A stretch of 62,395 nt of DNA, the filler included, from Actinomycetota bacterium (GTDB lineage Bacteria > Actinomycetota > CADDZG01 > JAHWKV01 > JAOPZY01), in the NCBI GenBank assembly GCA_025963875.1. It is 3 parts of 3 records of this genome, joined end to end, with 100 filler letters (N's around TTAATTAATTAA, not from the genome) between each part and the next. Parts side by side here need not be neighbours in the genome. Positions count along the whole stretch, not along the records: positions 38,643 to 62,395 come from JAOPZY010000149.1; 2 more parts are not named here. One strand, written 5' to 3'. The notes below the pieces were generated by a model. The model was given only the letters and a program-made list of their open reading frames with translations, was not told the origin of the DNA and searched no databases. Both the position numbers and the translations under genes were made by a program. Each line of letters starts with the position of its first letter. Position 1 is the stretch's first letter. Shown piece by piece: positions 60,278 to 62,395 of this stretch.

Positions 60278-60658
60278 GCCTGGCCTCTCCATCCTGGTTC
60301 GTCGATGTGCCCAACGTTGTAGGTAGTAGTTCTACAGCGATCCCGTACCCGGCGCACCTTGGTTCGTCTCGAAAAACCCCACATCCCCCGTATCCTCGGT
60401 TCATGGGGGATGCTGCGCGCGTGACCGGCGGCTTGACTTCTGGGTAGGCCCCATGAACCAGGTCTGATGCACGTGTGGAAAATTCTCATCCTTGTTACAT
60501 ACCGCGTGGTACTCTGAAGTGCAGGGGAACGACGAACATCAGTCGCCCCATGGGATTCTCTCGCTTGCTGCTGCTCCCTTTCCGCAAGTCTCGGGCGATC
60601 GAATCTCTCCGAGATGTACGTTCGGCCGAGACCGGCCGGAAAGGAGTTGCTTCACATC

Positions 60659-61963
60659 ATGCCAACACCCTTCGTCGCGGGTACAGGCGCACCCGAGTTA
60701 AGCGCCGATGAGCTCGACCTCGACTTCGACGAGGCCCCCGAGCTCGAGGCCGTCGAGGCCGAATCCGAGCCCACCTTTGCGGAGCTCGGCGCTTCTCCGG
60801 GCGTCATCGCCGCCCTGGCCGCCCAGGGGATCATCTCCCCCTTCGAGATCCAGGCCCGGGTGATCCCGGACGCCATCGCCGGCCATGACGTCCTCGCCAA
60901 GAGCCGCACCGGCTCGGGCAAGACCCTCGCCTTCGCCATCCCGATCGTCGAGCGCCTCCAGGGTGCCCCCTCCAGGCCGAAGGCCGTCGTGATGGTCCCC
61001 ACCCGTGAGCTTGCCTCGCAGGTGACCGAGGAGTTCCAGATGATCGCCAAGCCGAAGGGCCTCAGGGTCGCATCCGTCTATGGCGGCGTGGGGCTCATCG
61101 ACCAGGCCCGCAACGCCTCCCGGGCGCAGATCATCGTCGCTACGCCGGGCCGCCTGTACGACCTGATCCAGCGCAGGAGCGTGAGCCTCAAGGACGTCAC
61201 CATCCTCGTGCTCGACGAGGCCGACCGCCTCCTCGACATGGGGTTCAAGCCCCAGGTCGACCGCATCGCCATGACCATCCCGACCACCGAGCGCCAGACG
61301 ATGTTCTTCTCCGCCACGCTCGACGGCGAGGTGGGCATGCTGGCGAGCCAGTACACCAAGGACCCACGCCGCCACGAGACCATCTCCCCCAGGGAGACGG
61401 TCGACTCGGTGGCGCACCGCTTCGTGCCGGTCACGATGGACACCAAGACCACCACCCTCGCCGACCTCATCGCGACGGAGAAGGGCCGGGCGCTGGTGTT
61501 CGTCAAGACGAAGCGGGGGGCCGACCGCCTGGTGCAGCGCCTCAAGACACACGGGATCCCGGCGGCTGCCATGCACGGCGACCTCAGCCAGGCCCAGCGT
61601 GAGCGGGCGCTCTCGTCCTTCGATGCGGGGCGGGTGCAGACGCTTATCGCCACCGACGTCGCGGCCAGGGGCCTCGACCTCGACTGCATCACGCACGTCA
61701 TCAACTTCGACCCGCCGGAGGACGAGAAGGCGTACGTCCACCGGGTTGGCCGCACCGCCCGAGCGGGCCGCGACGGCATCGGCGTCACGTTCGTGCTGCC
61801 CGACCAGGAGCGGGACGTGAGCCGCATCGCTGCCCACCTGAAGTTGCGGGACGAGTTCGAGCAGGAGGGCCTGAAGCTCGCCCTGCCGGCTCCCGTGTAC
61901 CGCAGCCGGCGCCGGGGACGCGGCAACACCATGCTGGGCCGTGGGCCTCGCCCGCGGCGCTAG
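60659..61963 (+). CDS. DEAD-box RNA helicase
   Basis: Q motif, TGSGKT, PTRELA, TPGR, DEAD, SAT, ARGLD, HRVGRTAR. Confidence 0.97.
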   Translation: MPTPFVAGTGAPELSADELDLDFDEAPELEAVEAESEPTFAELGASPGVIAALAAQGIISPFEIQARVIPDAIAGHDVLAKSRTGSGKTLAFAIPIVERLQGAPSRPKAVVMVPTRELASQVTEEFQMIAKPKGLRVASVYGGVGLIDQARNASRAQIIVATPGRLYDLIQRRSVSLKDVTILVLDEADRLLDMGFKPQVDRIAMTIPTTERQTMFFSATLDGEVGMLASQYTKDPRRHETISPRETVDSVAHRFVPVTMDTKTTTLADLIATEKGRALVFVKTKRGADRLVQRLKTHGIPAAAMHGDLSQAQRERALSSFDAGRVQTLIATDVAARGLDLDCITHVINFDPPEDEKAYVHRVGRTARAGRDGIGVTFVLPDQERDVSRIAAHLKLRDEFEQEGLKLALPAPVYRSRRRGRGNTMLGRGPRPRR

Positions 61964-62197
61964 CGCTCACCCTTACCCCCCTCGGTGCGGCCTTCATCGG
62001 AAGGACTCACTGCGTTCTCGATTTGTTCATATTGAGAGGGTATGGTGTTGTCAGCTGAATAAGTAAACGACCTCTTATTCGCAGCCGCAGCATGCAGCCT
62101 GGGATGTGGCCACCCCGGGCACTTGATGCATTGACCCGCCCTCGCCGGGGGGCGGAGCGACCGTCCCGCAGGACCCCCTACCCCAAGGAGAAACGAC

Positions 62198-62386
62198 ATG
62201 GCATCCACGCGCATCACGATCGTCCTGGACGTCCAGCACGACCCCGAGGTCGATCTTCCACTCCGGGCCGCCCAGTTCCTTGAACGTACGCTGAGCGATG
62301 TCGACGGCCTCCACAGCGTGGCCGTCGTCCGGGGGGAGACCGACGAGGTCGTCTGGACCCCGCGTGGAGCGAGAATGGCCAGCTAA
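62198..62386 (+). CDS. Small hypothetical protein (62 aa)
   Basis: AAGGAG RBS, GC3-biased codons. Confidence 0.6.
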   Translation: MASTRITIVLDVQHDPEVDLPLRAAQFLERTLSDVDGLHSVAVVRGETDEVVWTPRGARMAS

Positions 62387-62395
62387 GCCCTTCGG

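Overview
High-GC actinobacterial DNA (Acidimicrobiia-like by inference), made of three separate contigs joined by artificial N44-TTAATTAATTAA-N44 linkers at 14431-14530 and 38543-38642, so adjacency across these points means nothing. Contig 1 (1-14430) is a decaying stress/dormancy accessory island. It has intact PRT-erythromycin esterase, dienelactone hydrolase, BON, YceI, HdeD and fluoroacetate-dehalogenase-like genes, plus many pseudogenes and chimeric deletion scars (CYTH, adk'::'ABC permease, dnaK'::'clpB, LuxR, trxC'). It also carries a 1322-bp tnpB-only IS200/IS605 element whose ends, TAM (TCAC) and guide can be read from the sequence. Contig 2 (14531-38542) holds acyl-CoA/propionyl-CoA metabolism genes (thiolases, DUF35 x2, acyl-CoA dehydrogenases, pccB plus epsilon subunit, mce, metF-like), an MFS/TetR pair and a frameshifted LCP gene. 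It also encodes a secreted 21-repeat Cys-rich RCC1/crinkly-like protein behind a promoter, a structured leader and a terminator, which may be a variant c-di-AMP riboswitch. Contig 3 (38643-62395) holds a sortase, a HAD phosphatase, TPP riboswitch-thiC, a cobamide salvage operon with a CobU-CobC fusion and CbiZ, a secreted phosphoesterase, egtABCD followed by a methyltransferase rather than egtE, moaA, a SnoaL-like protein and a DEAD-box helicase. No rRNA, tRNA or CRISPR array was seen. All calls come from reading motifs by eye; no database search was run.
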